Counted from the stretch's first letter, positions 7,864 to 17,222 are shown. The stretch: DNA of 64,000 nt from Dehalococcoidia bacterium (GCA_963555985.3 OY820591.1:2688001-2752000), one strand, 5' to 3'. The notes: generated by a model not told the origin, from the letters alone. Made by a program: numbers and translations.

Positions 7864-10431
7864 ATGCAGCTCAAGGAATACCAGTCCGAGGCGCTTGACA
7901 CGTTCAGCCTCTGGCTGCGCGCGCTCGAACAGGCCCAAACCAAATCGCAGGCCGCAGCCGCAGCCCTGCGCGACGTCGGCCTCGATCCGCCGGAGGACGT
8001 CACCAACTATCCCAAGCAGGCCTGGCAGTCTCTGCGCGACGAGGGAGAACTGCCCGCCGGAGCCGGCGCCTACGTCTCACGCACCGACGACGCCGATCGC
8101 CCGATCCCCCACGTCTGCTTCAAAGTCCCCACCGGCGGCGGCAAAACCCTGCTCGCCGCCGCCGCACTGGAACGGCTCGGGCGCTCCACTGGCTTCACCC
8201 TCTGGATCGTCCCCACCCGCGCCATCTACGACCAGACCAAACGCGCCCTCTGGGATCGCGAACACCCCTACCGCCAGATGCTCGAACGCGCCAGCGGCGG
8301 GCGCGTCAAGCTGCTCGAAAAAGACGACCCATTCACTGCACAGGATGTCGAGCACTACCTCTGCATCATGCTGCTGATGCTGCCCGCCGCCAACCGCCAG
8401 CGCGGACGCGACTTCCTCAGAATGTTCCGCGACAGCGGCCGCTATGAGTCCTTTTTCCCTGAACGCGACATGGCGTTGGCCGACCAACAGTTGCTCAATC
8501 AATACCCCGACCTGGAGCGCGCCACGACCGAGGGGCCGGTCAAGGAAAGCCTGTTCAACGTCTTCAAGATGCTCCGCCCGATCGTCGTGCTGGACGAAGC
8601 GCACAAAGCCTACGGCAAGCGTCAAGACGCCAACCAAGAGTTCGTGCGTTCCGTCAACCGCCTCGATCCGCAACTCGTGATCGAACTCTCCGCCACGCCC
8701 AATCGAGGGATCAGCAATCTACTAGTCGATATCGACGGCCCCGCGCTGCACAACGAGGAGATGATCAAGCTGCCGGTACAGGTAGCGACCACGCAGAACG
8801 ACGACTGGCCCTCCACGTTGCAACGGGCGCACGACGAGTTGGAGCGTCTGCAACAGGCCGCCCGCGAACTCGAAGAGAACGAGGGCCGCTACATCCGCCC
8901 GATCGCGGTCGTGCGGGTCGAGCGCACCGGCAAGGATCAACGCGACGGAGAGCGCATCCACGCCGAAGACGCGCGCGAGGCGCTGCAACAACTCGGCGTG
9001 CCCGCCGACCAGATCGCCATCCAGGCCAGCGGTCAGCACGACCTCAAGGACGTCGATCTGCTCTCGCCCCTGATCCCGATCCGCTGGATCATCACCAAAG
9101 CGGCCTTGATGGAAGGCTGGGACTGCTCCTTCGCCTCGCTGCTGGTGCTGCTCGACAACACCCGCGCCCAGACCGCGATCACGCAGCTGATCGGCCGCGT
9201 CATGCGCCAGCCCCACGCCAAGAGGACCGGCCGCACGGAACTGGATCAGTGCTACGTCCACTGCTTCAACACCGATGTCGGCGACGCTGTGGCCAGCGTC
9301 AAGCTGGGCCTGGAAAACGAGGGCTTGACCGGCTTGTCCGACCTCGTCCTGACCGCCGGCGGCCAACTCCAGTCCACCACCATCTCCCGTCGCGAGCAGT
9401 TTCGCAACGAGACCATCTTTCTCCCGCTCGTCACTCACCGCGACGGCGCCGGTTGGCGCGAACTCAGCTACGCCCGCGACCTGCTGCGCGAAGTCGATTG
9501 GGAGCAAATCGGCCCGCCCGACATCCAGGCGGCGACCGGCGGCGGCGCATCCATCTCCCGAGCCACCGTCATGCTCGGCGAGCACGGCCTCACCCCGCAA
9601 TACGATCAGCCCCGCCGGATCGAGGTCGACACGAGCGTCAAACTCTCCTGGTACACGCGCCGTCTGGCGGACGTAGTTCCCAATCCCTGGCAAGCGGGTC
9701 GGATCGTCGAAGACATGATCGAGCGGCTGCGCGAGGCCGACCAGTCGGACGACGACATCTACGGTCAGCGCTCCCACATCGCCGCCGTCCTGCGCGAACA
9801 CGTCACAGAAGCGATCCACCAACAGACGGAACAGATCTTTAAGCGCAAGCTGCGCCACGGTGAAGCCAGGTTCGATCTCACCACCGACATCAAGCACCGA
9901 CTCCGCGAGGAGTCCTACGAAGTCCTCTACAACGAAGCAACCGACGCTCCGCTCGATCGTCGGCCCGACAAGCCGCTGCAACTGAGCCTGTTCACGCCGC
10001 AGATGCGCAGCCAGTACGACTCCGATCTCGAGCGCCGCTTCGCGCGCTATCTCGATGAGCAACGAGCCATCCAGTGGTGGCACCGCATCGCCCTCCGGCA
10101 GCGCGGCGAGTACGCCCTCCGCGGCTGGAAGCAGTACCGCATCTGGCCCGACTTCATCGCCATCGCCACTCCGGCCGATCAAGGCAAACGCCTGCTCGTC
10201 TTCGAGACCAAAGGCGACCACCTCCGCGAAACGGACGACACCAAGTACAAGCAGAAGGTCTTCGAGACGCTCCAGTTGGCGTTCAATCGGCGCACACGAG
10301 AAGTCAACGAACAACCCCAAAACAGCTACGGCGCCGTCACAGTCCGCGACGGCCCGATCCGCGGCGCGTTCGAGTTGATCTTCGACGAACAACCCTTCAC
10401 TGCCGTAGAACGCGCGCTGGCGATCCCCTGA
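7864..10431 (+). CDS. res: Type III restriction endonuclease/helicase (Res)
   Basis: PTGGGKT, LDEAH, ELSATP, EGWD, QLIGRVMR; C-terminal PDF...ETKG nuclease motif. Confidence 0.92.
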   Translation: MQLKEYQSEALDTFSLWLRALEQAQTKSQAAAAALRDVGLDPPEDVTNYPKQAWQSLRDEGELPAGAGAYVSRTDDADRPIPHVCFKVPTGGGKTLLAAAALERLGRSTGFTLWIVPTRAIYDQTKRALWDREHPYRQMLERASGGRVKLLEKDDPFTAQDVEHYLCIMLLMLPAANRQRGRDFLRMFRDSGRYESFFPERDMALADQQLLNQYPDLERATTEGPVKESLFNVFKMLRPIVVLDEAHKAYGKRQDANQEFVRSVNRLDPQLVIELSATPNRGISNLLVDIDGPALHNEEMIKLPVQVATTQNDDWPSTLQRAHDELERLQQAARELEENEGRYIRPIAVVRVERTGKDQRDGERIHAEDAREALQQLGVPADQIAIQASGQHDLKDVDLLSPLIPIRWIITKAALMEGWDCSFASLLVLLDNTRAQTAITQLIGRVMRQPHAKRTGRTELDQCYVHCFNTDVGDAVASVKLGLENEGLTGLSDLVLTAGGQLQSTTISRREQFRNETIFLPLVTHRDGAGWRELSYARDLLREVDWEQIGPPDIQAATGGGASISRATVMLGEHGLTPQYDQPRRIEVDTSVKLSWYTRRLADVVPNPWQAGRIVEDMIERLREADQSDDDIYGQRSHIAAVLREHVTEAIHQQTEQIFKRKLRHGEARFDLTTDIKHRLREESYEVLYNEATDAPLDRRPDKPLQLSLFTPQMRSQYDSDLERRFARYLDEQRAIQWWHRIALRQRGEYALRGWKQYRIWPDFIAIATPADQGKRLLVFETKGDHLRETDDTKYKQKVFETLQLAFNRRTREVNEQPQNSYGAVTVRDGPIRGAFELIFDEQPFTAVERALAIP

Positions 10432-10469
10432 AAATCGCTTCAGTCGCATGCGCCACCCCACCCCAAACC

Positions 10470-10701
10470 TGCTACCCTCAGAACAACCGTACCGCCCAAA
10501 CGCCCGGAAAGCGCCGGCTCATGATCCACCGTTCCCCGTTTTTCCCCGCTGCCGCCCCTCACTCACATCCAGCCGCGCCTGAACAAACCCGAACGAACCT
10601 GAATCCCCCGAACACGCAATTCCCCCGTAAAACACAGGAGATCAGCCCGTTCTTCCCCCACCCCCCGGCAAAGAAAAAAATTCTCCCTGAACACCCTGAA
10701 C
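10470..10701 (+). repeat. GAAC-rich dispersed element (family C) with 5' -10 and LexA-like box
   Basis: TGcTACCCT then GAACaaccGTAC (10481-10492); CCTGAACAAACCCGAAC..AACACAGGAGATC..AAATTCTCCCTGAACACCCTGAAC. Confidence 0.75.
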
Positions 10702-10738
10702 GCCCGCCCAGCCGCCGCGCCGATCGCAGAGAGACGCC

Positions 10739-11200
10739 ATGACCATCAAGCGCCTACCCTGGAACGCGAAGCCACCCGACAGGAGACCGCCCATGGGCGC
10801 CGTCCAAGTCACCGTCACGATCCGCAACCCCGCCGACCGCAGCCGCGAGTGGAGCGGCCTCTTCCTCGTCGACACCGGCGCCACCGACAGCCTCGTGCCC
10901 AGAAAACACCTCGAGCAAATCGGCCTCGAGCCGATTGGAGGACGACAGTACGAGCTCGCCGACGGCAGCCCCCTCCGATTGCAAATTGGCGTCGCTGAAA
11001 TCGAGTTCATGGGTGAGGCCGTCGGCGGAACCGTCATGTTCGGCGACGACGACGCCGAGCCGCTCCTCGGCCTAACCGCGTTGGAGTCGGTCGGAATCGA
11101 GGTCGATCCCGTCAATCAGCGCCTCAAGCGTCTCCCCGCCGTCAGGCTCAAGCGCCTGCGCCCCTCCATCAATCCGCCTGAACAAACCCGAACGCCCTGA
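10739..11200 (+). CDS. Clan AA single-domain aspartic protease (start may be ATG 10793)
   Basis: LVDTGATDS and LLGLTALE motifs; GGAG RBS before MGAVQV. Confidence 0.85.
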   Translation: MTIKRLPWNAKPPDRRPPMGAVQVTVTIRNPADRSREWSGLFLVDTGATDSLVPRKHLEQIGLEPIGGRQYELADGSPLRLQIGVAEIEFMGEAVGGTVMFGDDDAEPLLGLTALESVGIEVDPVNQRLKRLPAVRLKRLRPSINPPEQTRTP

Positions 11201-11207
11201 ACGCCGC

Positions 11208-11849
11208 TCAGCGCCAAACCTTCCCCAAATCCACCCGCAAACCCTCCGCCACATCCTCCCCGCTCAGCGACCCAGGACGCTCCAAACATTCCGCCTCCGA
11301 CCCGCCCGCCCGATACACCCAGACCTCGCCCTCACCCGTAAACGGATCAATCAACCAGCCAAGCCGAGCCCCAGCCGCCATCCACTCCTCCATCTTCTCC
11401 CGCTGCCTACTCAACCGCTGCCCCCGCGAGCGCACTTCAACCACCAGGTCCGGGCACAAGAACCACAACCCTTCATCGTCGGTGTCGACCGCCTCAAGGC
11501 GCTCATTGCTGACCCACGCGGCGTCCGGGTCCCGGGCGGAACCGATCGAGAGCGAGAACCCGCTGCCCGGGCCAAACGACTCCCCATTCTCAAGTCGATC
11601 AGACCATTGCAGTATCTGAGCAGCGATTCGGGCGCTTCGCCTGCCGCTGTTCGTCCCTGGTGGAGGTGAAATTTCCAACGCCCCTTCCAGATTGCGCTCG
11701 AAATGCCACGGTTCGTTGAGCTCGCTGAGCTCAATCAGCAGTTCGTCGCTAATCGCTCCGGCTGGAAACCGCAAGACGATCGGAGCGCCCCCTGCGACGA
11801 TCGCTGGAGGCGAGTCTGCCTGCTCCGCTTTGGGAGGCGCCTGGACCAT
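11208..11849 (-). CDS. Uma2 (DUF820) family endonuclease-like protein
   Basis: FERNLEGALEISPP, PDAAWV, PDLVVEVRS, KMEEW..GARLGWLIDP. Confidence 0.9.
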   Translation of the reverse strand: MVQAPPKAEQADSPPAIVAGGAPIVLRFPAGAISDELLIELSELNEPWHFERNLEGALEISPPPGTNSGRRSARIAAQILQWSDRLENGESFGPGSGFSLSIGSARDPDAAWVSNERLEAVDTDDEGLWFLCPDLVVEVRSRGQRLSRQREKMEEWMAAGARLGWLIDPFTGEGEVWVYRAGGSEAECLERPGSLSGEDVAEGLRVDLGKVWR

Positions 11850-11858
11850 GCTCCGATC

Positions 11859-12449
11859 CTAGACAGTCACCGGCTTCGTCGCCGGACGCTTGGACTCGAA
11901 CTCGGCGATCAGCTCGTCGTGCGCCAGCGTCAGCGAGATATCGTCGAGACCGTTGAGCAAACAATGCTTCACGAACGGCGCGATCTCGAACGAGCGCCTC
12001 CAACCACCCGGAGCCGTCACCGTCTGCTCGGCTAGATTGACCGTAATCGGCGTGTTCGACTCCGACTCGACCATCCGCATCAACTCTTCCACGTCCGGCT
12101 GCGACAACTGGATCGTGAGCAGTCCCATCTTGGCCGAGTTGTTGCGGAAGATGTCGGCGAAGCCGGGCGCAATCACCGCCCGCACGCCCATCCCCTGAAT
12201 CGCCCAAACCGCGTGCTCGCGTGACGAACCGCAGCCAAAGTTCGGCCCCGCCAACAGGATCTGAGCGCCCTGATACTGCGGCTGATTAGTCACAAAATCC
12301 GGATCCTTCGCCCACGCCTCAAACGCGAACGGCCCATAGCCCGTCCGCTCGATCCGCTTCAGATACTTGGCCGGGATGATCTGGTCGGTGTCGACATCGG
12401 CGCGGTCAAGCGGCAAACCGGTACCGCTGAAGGTCGTGACGGGGTCCAT
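11859..12449 (-). CDS. leuD: 3-isopropylmalate dehydratase small subunit
   Basis: DVDTDQIIPA, NFGCGSSREHA, FADIFRNN, LLNGLDDI; GGAG RBS before ATG 12449. Confidence 0.95.
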   Translation of the reverse strand: MDPVTTFSGTGLPLDRADVDTDQIIPAKYLKRIERTGYGPFAFEAWAKDPDFVTNQPQYQGAQILLAGPNFGCGSSREHAVWAIQGMGVRAVIAPGFADIFRNNSAKMGLLTIQLSQPDVEELMRMVESESNTPITVNLAEQTVTAPGGWRRSFEIAPFVKHCLLNGLDDISLTLAHDELIAEFESKRPATKPVTV

Positions 12450-12469
12450 AAGCGATTCCTCCCAAGAAT

Positions 12470-12522
12470 TCTCTCCCCTCGCAGTGCGGGGGGAGATGTC
12501 GCGCAGCGACAGAAGGGGGTCC
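12470..12522. repeat. REP-like double hairpin (family A)
   Basis: CTCCCCTCGCAGTGCGGGGGGAGATGTCGCGCAGCGACAGAAGGGGG. Confidence 0.8.
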
Positions 12523-12571
12523 GGCACGCACCAAACCCGACACGAGCCTACGCCCTCGACTCCCACCGAAG

Positions 12572-13462
12572 CTAGCTGGCGAAGAACTCCCGCATCACCG
12601 ACTCTGTCTGATCCGGCAGCTCTTCCGGCAGGAAGTGCCCGCAGGGCAGGCCCACGCCGGTCACGTTGGTGGCCCAGCGATGCCAGGTCGCCATGAAACG
12701 GCCGCGGCGGTTCGGTTGTCGGGCGGCGCCCCAGATCACGAACAGCGGGCAGCTGATCTTCTTGCCCTCAGCGCGATCGGCCCGATCCAGTCGCAGGTCG
12801 AAGCGCGCGCCGGAGCGGTAGTCCTCGCACCAACTGCGCACGGTCTCCGGATCGTTGGCGGCGGCCAGATATTCCGCCATCGCCGCCTCGGTGAAGACGG
12901 TCTGGCCGTCCTCGCCGGCCCAACTGCCCAGCATCCGTTTGAGAAAGAACTCCGGCGCGCCATTAATCAGCGTCTCCGGCAGCGGCGCCGGCTGCGCGAG
13001 GAAATACCAGTGAAATCCGCCCAGACCGCCCGCAATCCCCATCTGCTCGAACTGTTCGGCGGTCGGAACGATGTCGAGCAACGCCAGACGCTCCACCCGC
13101 TCAGGATGATCCAGCGCAAGCCGGTACGACACCCGCCCGCCGCGATCATGCCCGGCGAGCCGGAACGTGTCGAAGCCCAGATCAGCCATCAACTCGACCA
13201 TGCAGCGCGCCATCGCCCGCTTTGAGTACGCCTCTTGGCCGCCGTCGCCCGGCGGCGAATCGCTCGCCCCATAACCGAGCAGGTCGGCCGCCACAACGGT
13301 GTGCTGCTCAGCCAAGCCGGGCGCGATCTTGTGCCACATCGCTCCCGTCTGCGGGTAGCCGTGCAACAGCAGCAGCGGCGGTCCCGAGCCGCCCACGCGG
13401 GCGAAGATCGGCCCCGTCTTGTGCTCGCGAAAACCAGGGAACAACGTTTCGGTATCGGGCAT
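12572..13462 (-). CDS. Alpha/beta hydrolase, haloacetate (fluoroacetate) dehalogenase-like
   Basis: HGYPQT, GHDRGGRV nucleophile, LDIVPT, FHWYF, EDYR, CGHFLPEE. Confidence 0.85.
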   Translation of the reverse strand: MPDTETLFPGFREHKTGPIFARVGGSGPPLLLLHGYPQTGAMWHKIAPGLAEQHTVVAADLLGYGASDSPPGDGGQEAYSKRAMARCMVELMADLGFDTFRLAGHDRGGRVSYRLALDHPERVERLALLDIVPTAEQFEQMGIAGGLGGFHWYFLAQPAPLPETLINGAPEFFLKRMLGSWAGEDGQTVFTEAAMAEYLAAANDPETVRSWCEDYRSGARFDLRLDRADRAEGKKISCPLFVIWGAARQPNRRGRFMATWHRWATNVTGVGLPCGHFLPEELPDQTESVMREFFAS

Positions 13463-13540
13463 GGGCGTGGCCGGTTCGCTGTGAGGACCTGAGTGATCGA
13501 TATGGTAGCCGCTCAATCCGGCACCGCCGCCTGCGAGCGG

Positions 13541-14059
13541 TTAGCCAAACGCCGCCCAGACCGAAATCGCAGCCAAAATCAGCGCGGTGCCGGCCGCCAC
13601 TGCGCGATAGACCTTGGTCTCGAATTCGGCGAACCGCACATCGACCTGCGCAAACCGCACATCCATCTGCGCTTGAAACTGATCGAAGCGAGCATCCATC
13701 TGCGCTTGGAACCGGTCGAAGCGGGCGTCTATCTGCGCCTGGAACTGGTCGAAGCGAGCGTCTATCTGCGTCTGAAACTGCTCGAATCGGGCATCTGTCT
13801 GCGCCTGAAACTGCTCGAACCGGGCGTCTGTCTGCGTTTGGAACTGGTCGAACCGGGCGTCCATCCGTTGCGTCAACGCCTCGAACCGAGCGTCCGATCG
13901 CTCCCGTTCGATGTTCAGCTGCTGCGCCAACTCATCCTCGCTGGCGGCTCGAGCAAAATGCTCAGAGATCGCCGTCGCCAGCGCCTCCGCAGACGCCCGC
14001 GGCACTTCGCCTGCTACGAGGATGTTGACGATTTCCAGCCGGTCCGTCGTCACCGCCAT
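13541..14059 (-). CDS. CCDC90/DUF1640-like membrane-anchored coiled-coil protein with 11-aa repeats
   Basis: Helical head, 7 DARFxQFQxQx-type units, C-terminal TM; GGAGG RBS. Confidence 0.75.
   Translation of the reverse strand: MAVTTDRLEIVNILVAGEVPRASAEALATAISEHFARAASEDELAQQLNIERERSDARFEALTQRMDARFDQFQTQTDARFEQFQAQTDARFEQFQTQIDARFDQFQAQIDARFDRFQAQMDARFDQFQAQMDVRFAQVDVRFAEFETKVYRAVAAGTALILAAISVWAAFG
13664..13894 (-). repeat. Coding 33-bp tandem repeat, 7 units
   Basis: Repeated GAAACTGVTCGAASCG..CRTC period 33 nt, in frame. Confidence 0.9.
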
Positions 14060-14103
14060 GGCGGGGGCCTCCGCTGACTTCAGGCTATCAGCCGAGACGC
14101 CGG

Positions 14104-14853
14104 CTAGAGCGCCACCGTACCGCTGATCGCAGGCTGCAACGGATCGCAGATATAGCGAATCCGGGGCAACGTCACGTTCGCAGTCGTGTACGACGCCACG
14201 ATCGGATACACCGGGCGCAACCGCGGCGCGTTCCAGTAGCCGCTGTCAAAAGCGTCGATCTGCGCCCGCCCCCGATCGGCGCGGCTGACCCGGAAGTCAG
14301 GATCCACCTGCACCAGCCAGGGTTTGGTCTCACCCTCCCGCTCGACCGTCGCCAGGTGCATCCCAGCCGTATAGAGCAGATCGCCGTTGCCGATCGGCAC
14401 CGGGTCGATCAACTGCGCCGCGAGCACCGTAACGTTGCCCTCGGTCACCTCAATCGACTGCCGGTCATAGCGCTCGCGCAGGATCGGTTCGCCGATCGTG
14501 ATCGGAAAGCCCCAGCGCGACTTCAGCGCCTCCGCCGCCTCACCTTCGGTGCAGACGACCCGTGTCGGCAGCCCGCGCGGGCGCACCGCCGCGCGGCAGC
14601 CCACCCGCACCATTGCGAGCGTGAACGCGCCCAGCGGTCCGTCCTCGGCCCGAATGCCGATCACATGGACGGTCGGCGGGATCGTAGGGTGCAATGCCGG
14701 CGGCAAGAGATCGGCCATCGAGGCATCGTCGATCTCATAGATCACCTGGAGCACCTTCACATCGGGCAGCTCCAGCGGTTCGGTCTCCAGGTTCGCCATC
14801 GCAGGGGCGAATTGGAGCAGGTCGGCAGGATCAGCAGCACCGTTGATCGGCAT
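14104..14853 (-). CDS. Acetoacetate decarboxylase (ADC)-fold protein
   Basis: LLPPALHP, GAFTLAMVRV, RWGFP pattern. Confidence 0.7.
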   Translation of the reverse strand: MPINGAADPADLLQFAPAMANLETEPLELPDVKVLQVIYEIDDASMADLLPPALHPTIPPTVHVIGIRAEDGPLGAFTLAMVRVGCRAAVRPRGLPTRVVCTEGEAAEALKSRWGFPITIGEPILRERYDRQSIEVTEGNVTVLAAQLIDPVPIGNGDLLYTAGMHLATVEREGETKPWLVQVDPDFRVSRADRGRAQIDAFDSGYWNAPRLRPVYPIVASYTTANVTLPRIRYICDPLQPAISGTVAL

Positions 14854-14892
14854 GTACAGCCTTTCTCAGATCTCTCCACTCCCCCCGCAAGA

Positions 14893-14945
14893 TTCTCTCT
14901 CCCCCCGCTTGCGGGGGGAGATGTCGCGTAGCGACAGAGGGGGGT
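14893..14945. repeat. REP-like double hairpin (family A)
   Basis: CTCCCCCCGCTTGCGGGGGGAGATGTCGCGTAGCGACAGAGGGGGG. Confidence 0.8.
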
Positions 14946-14971
14946 CTGCAACAGCCCGTCTGCATCGGCAA

Positions 14972-16114
14972 TCAGTCCCCACCGGCGGCAGCAGCGACCG
15001 CCGCCACCCGCGGCTCCGACGTCGTCGCCGGCTGATCGTCTCTGAAGTGCGGCATCACCTCTTCGCCAAACAGACGCAGGCTGTCCAGCACTTCCTCCTG
15101 CGGAATCGTCTCCAGCGCGTTGAGCAGGAAGTTGATCTGATCAACCCCGCACGACTCCCACTTCTTGATCTCTTCAACTAAACGGTCGGGGTTGCCGATG
15201 CACACCCCTTCGGGAGCCGACGCGCCCTGACCGGGATCCTGAGCCGCCTGCTGGCGGCTGGCGGCGAGCAGACCGGGGTTCGGGTAGCTGCGAGTGGGGT
15301 GAACTTCGCGCACCGGCAGCAACTGCGCCGCCAGATAGCCGAACGATCCGGTCAGGCGGCTGCCGGTCTTGATCCCCGTCTCGTTGTCCGGGTGGCAGTA
15401 GAGGAAGTTCACCGTCGCCACCCGCTCGTTCACGAACAGCCCCGCCGGCTCGCAGTCGCGGATCCGGCTGCGGTAGCGGTTGACCTTCTCCTCCTGCTCG
15501 GCGAACCCGCCAAACGTCAGCCCCAGCGAACCCATGCCGCGCTCAGCAGCGTCGATCTCGGTGCCGGGCGAAGAAACTGCAACCCACATCGGCGGATGCG
15601 GCTTCTGGTAGGGCTTGGGCAGCACCGCGCGGGTCGGCATTCGGAAGGCGCGGCCCTCGTAGCCGTAGCGCTCGTTCGTCCACATCTGCGGAATCGTGCG
15701 TGTGTACTCGTCCCAGGTCTCCTTGGTCTCGTCGGGATTGGCGTCCATCCCGCCCAACTCGGTCCAAGTGGCGGAGCGGCCGGTACCAAACTCCAGCCGG
15801 CCATCGGAGAGGATGTCGAGCACCGCCGCCCGTTCAGCCGCCCGGATCGGGTGGTTGAACTGCGGCACGCAGACGACGATCCCGTGACCAACCCGAATCT
15901 GCTTCGTCTGCATTGCGCAGGCGGTCAAGAACAGCTCCGGCGCGGAGCAGTGCGAGTACTCCTCCAAAAAGTGATGCTCCACCGCCCAGACCGAGTGAAA
16001 GCCCACCTCATCCGCCACCCGAACCTGTTCGAGGCAGCGGTGATAGACGGTGTGCTCAATGTCGTTCTCCCAGGGGCGGGGCACGGAGATTTCGTAGAAA
16101 ATGCCGAACTTCAC
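14972..16114 (-). CDS. LLM-class flavin-dependent monooxygenase
   Basis: KFGIFYE, WAVEHHF, HPIRAAERAAVLDILSDGRLEFGTGRS, PKPYQKPHPP; GTG 16114 with GGAG RBS. Confidence 0.92.
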   Translation of the reverse strand: MKFGIFYEISVPRPWENDIEHTVYHRCLEQVRVADEVGFHSVWAVEHHFLEEYSHCSAPELFLTACAMQTKQIRVGHGIVVCVPQFNHPIRAAERAAVLDILSDGRLEFGTGRSATWTELGGMDANPDETKETWDEYTRTIPQMWTNERYGYEGRAFRMPTRAVLPKPYQKPHPPMWVAVSSPGTEIDAAERGMGSLGLTFGGFAEQEEKVNRYRSRIRDCEPAGLFVNERVATVNFLYCHPDNETGIKTGSRLTGSFGYLAAQLLPVREVHPTRSYPNPGLLAASRQQAAQDPGQGASAPEGVCIGNPDRLVEEIKKWESCGVDQINFLLNALETIPQEEVLDSLRLFGEEVMPHFRDDQPATTSEPRVAAVAAAAGGD

Positions 16115-16179
16115 TGGTGGCTCCCTCTCAGGCGGAATGGGCGACGGCTCGTGCGTATGGTAATCGATAGTCGGCGCGC

Positions 16180-16809
16180 TTACTCGCCCGGCCAGACCCG
16201 GCCCAGGTCGATGCTCAGACCAGCGCACACATCTTCCCCCGACAGTTCGGGCGGATCTTCAAGCAGTTCGACGCCGCCGTCCGCCCGATAAATCCAGACG
16301 CGCCGCGTGTCAGGATCGATCAGCCACCCAAGCTGGACGCCATTCGCGATCCAGTCCCGCATCTTGCCCTGCTGAGCCGGGATGCTCTGAGACAGCGAAC
16401 GAACCTCAATCACAAAGCGCGGGGCAAAATACGGGTGTCCACCGTCAGCCTTGTAACCCGCGAACTGTTGCTCATCCATCCAGGAGATGTTGGGGGCCAT
16501 CGCCGAGGTGTCGGGCAGGAAATAGCCGCTATCGCCGCCGAAAGTCTGACCGCCGCGATCATGCGCCCACTCCAAAAGGAACATCATCAGTCGGGCTGCC
16601 ACGGTCGAGCTCAGGAATTCGGGCCAAGTTATCGGGCGCAGTCTCCCGTCGGCAGTGCGCTCGAACAGAAAGTCAGCGTTGAGCTGGAGAATCTCAAGAA
16701 ACCGCTCGTCGGTCAGCTCCCAGTCCGGCGGAAGCCGGATCGGCTGCGGATCGCCGCGGCGCTGCTCCTCGGCGCTGGGAGCCGCAATAGCTTGTCGCTC
16801 GGCAACCAT
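16180..16809 (-). CDS. Uma2 (DUF820) family protein
   Basis: FERTADG, APNISW, PRFVIEVRS, GVQLGWLIDP; GAGG RBS. Confidence 0.85.
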   Translation of the reverse strand: MVAERQAIAAPSAEEQRRGDPQPIRLPPDWELTDERFLEILQLNADFLFERTADGRLRPITWPEFLSSTVAARLMMFLLEWAHDRGGQTFGGDSGYFLPDTSAMAPNISWMDEQQFAGYKADGGHPYFAPRFVIEVRSLSQSIPAQQGKMRDWIANGVQLGWLIDPDTRRVWIYRADGGVELLEDPPELSGEDVCAGLSIDLGRVWPGE

Positions 16810-16980
16810 GGACAATTCCTCACAGGCGGTAGCGGGCGATGCAAACTCACGGTACCGCAGCCCAGCCGCGAATCAGAGTCGCTACCACCCCCGCCACTTC
16901 CCTCACCCCCGCGCCCTCCGTCCCCTGTCCCAGCACCCCCTCCGTCATTCTCACGCTCCTTTCCGTCATTCCCGCGTAGG

Positions 16981-17113
16981 GAGGCCTCTGCAAAACTCCC
17001 ATCTCCGTCATTCCCGCGAACGCGGGAAGCCATGCAGCGTACCGAGTGGGATGTGGATTCTCGCGTTCGCAAGAATGACGAAACGCTCAGATCGGGGATT
17101 TCGCAAGGCTCTC
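16981..17113. mobile_element. MITE-like element inserted in a GTCATTCCCGCG REP-like hairpin
   Basis: Imperfect TIRs GAGGCCTCTGCAAAACTCCC / rc GAGAGCCTTGCGAAATCCCC, flanked by CGTAGG / CGCAGG; internal REP doublet. Confidence 0.7.
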
Positions 17114-17222
17114 CGCAGGCGAGAATCCCGATCCACCCAAGCATGAAACCACTCCCAATCTGGTCGTACCGCCAACCCACATCACGCGCCCCCTTCCCAC
17201 CACCAGCGACTATCCTCCACCC

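Noticed and set aside
6193-10431. Prophage or integrative element around the R-M genes
   Set aside because: No integrase, att repeats or phage genes recognised
13664-13894. 33-bp periodic repeat as a CRISPR array
   Set aside because: No unique spacers, in-frame coding, no cas genes in the window
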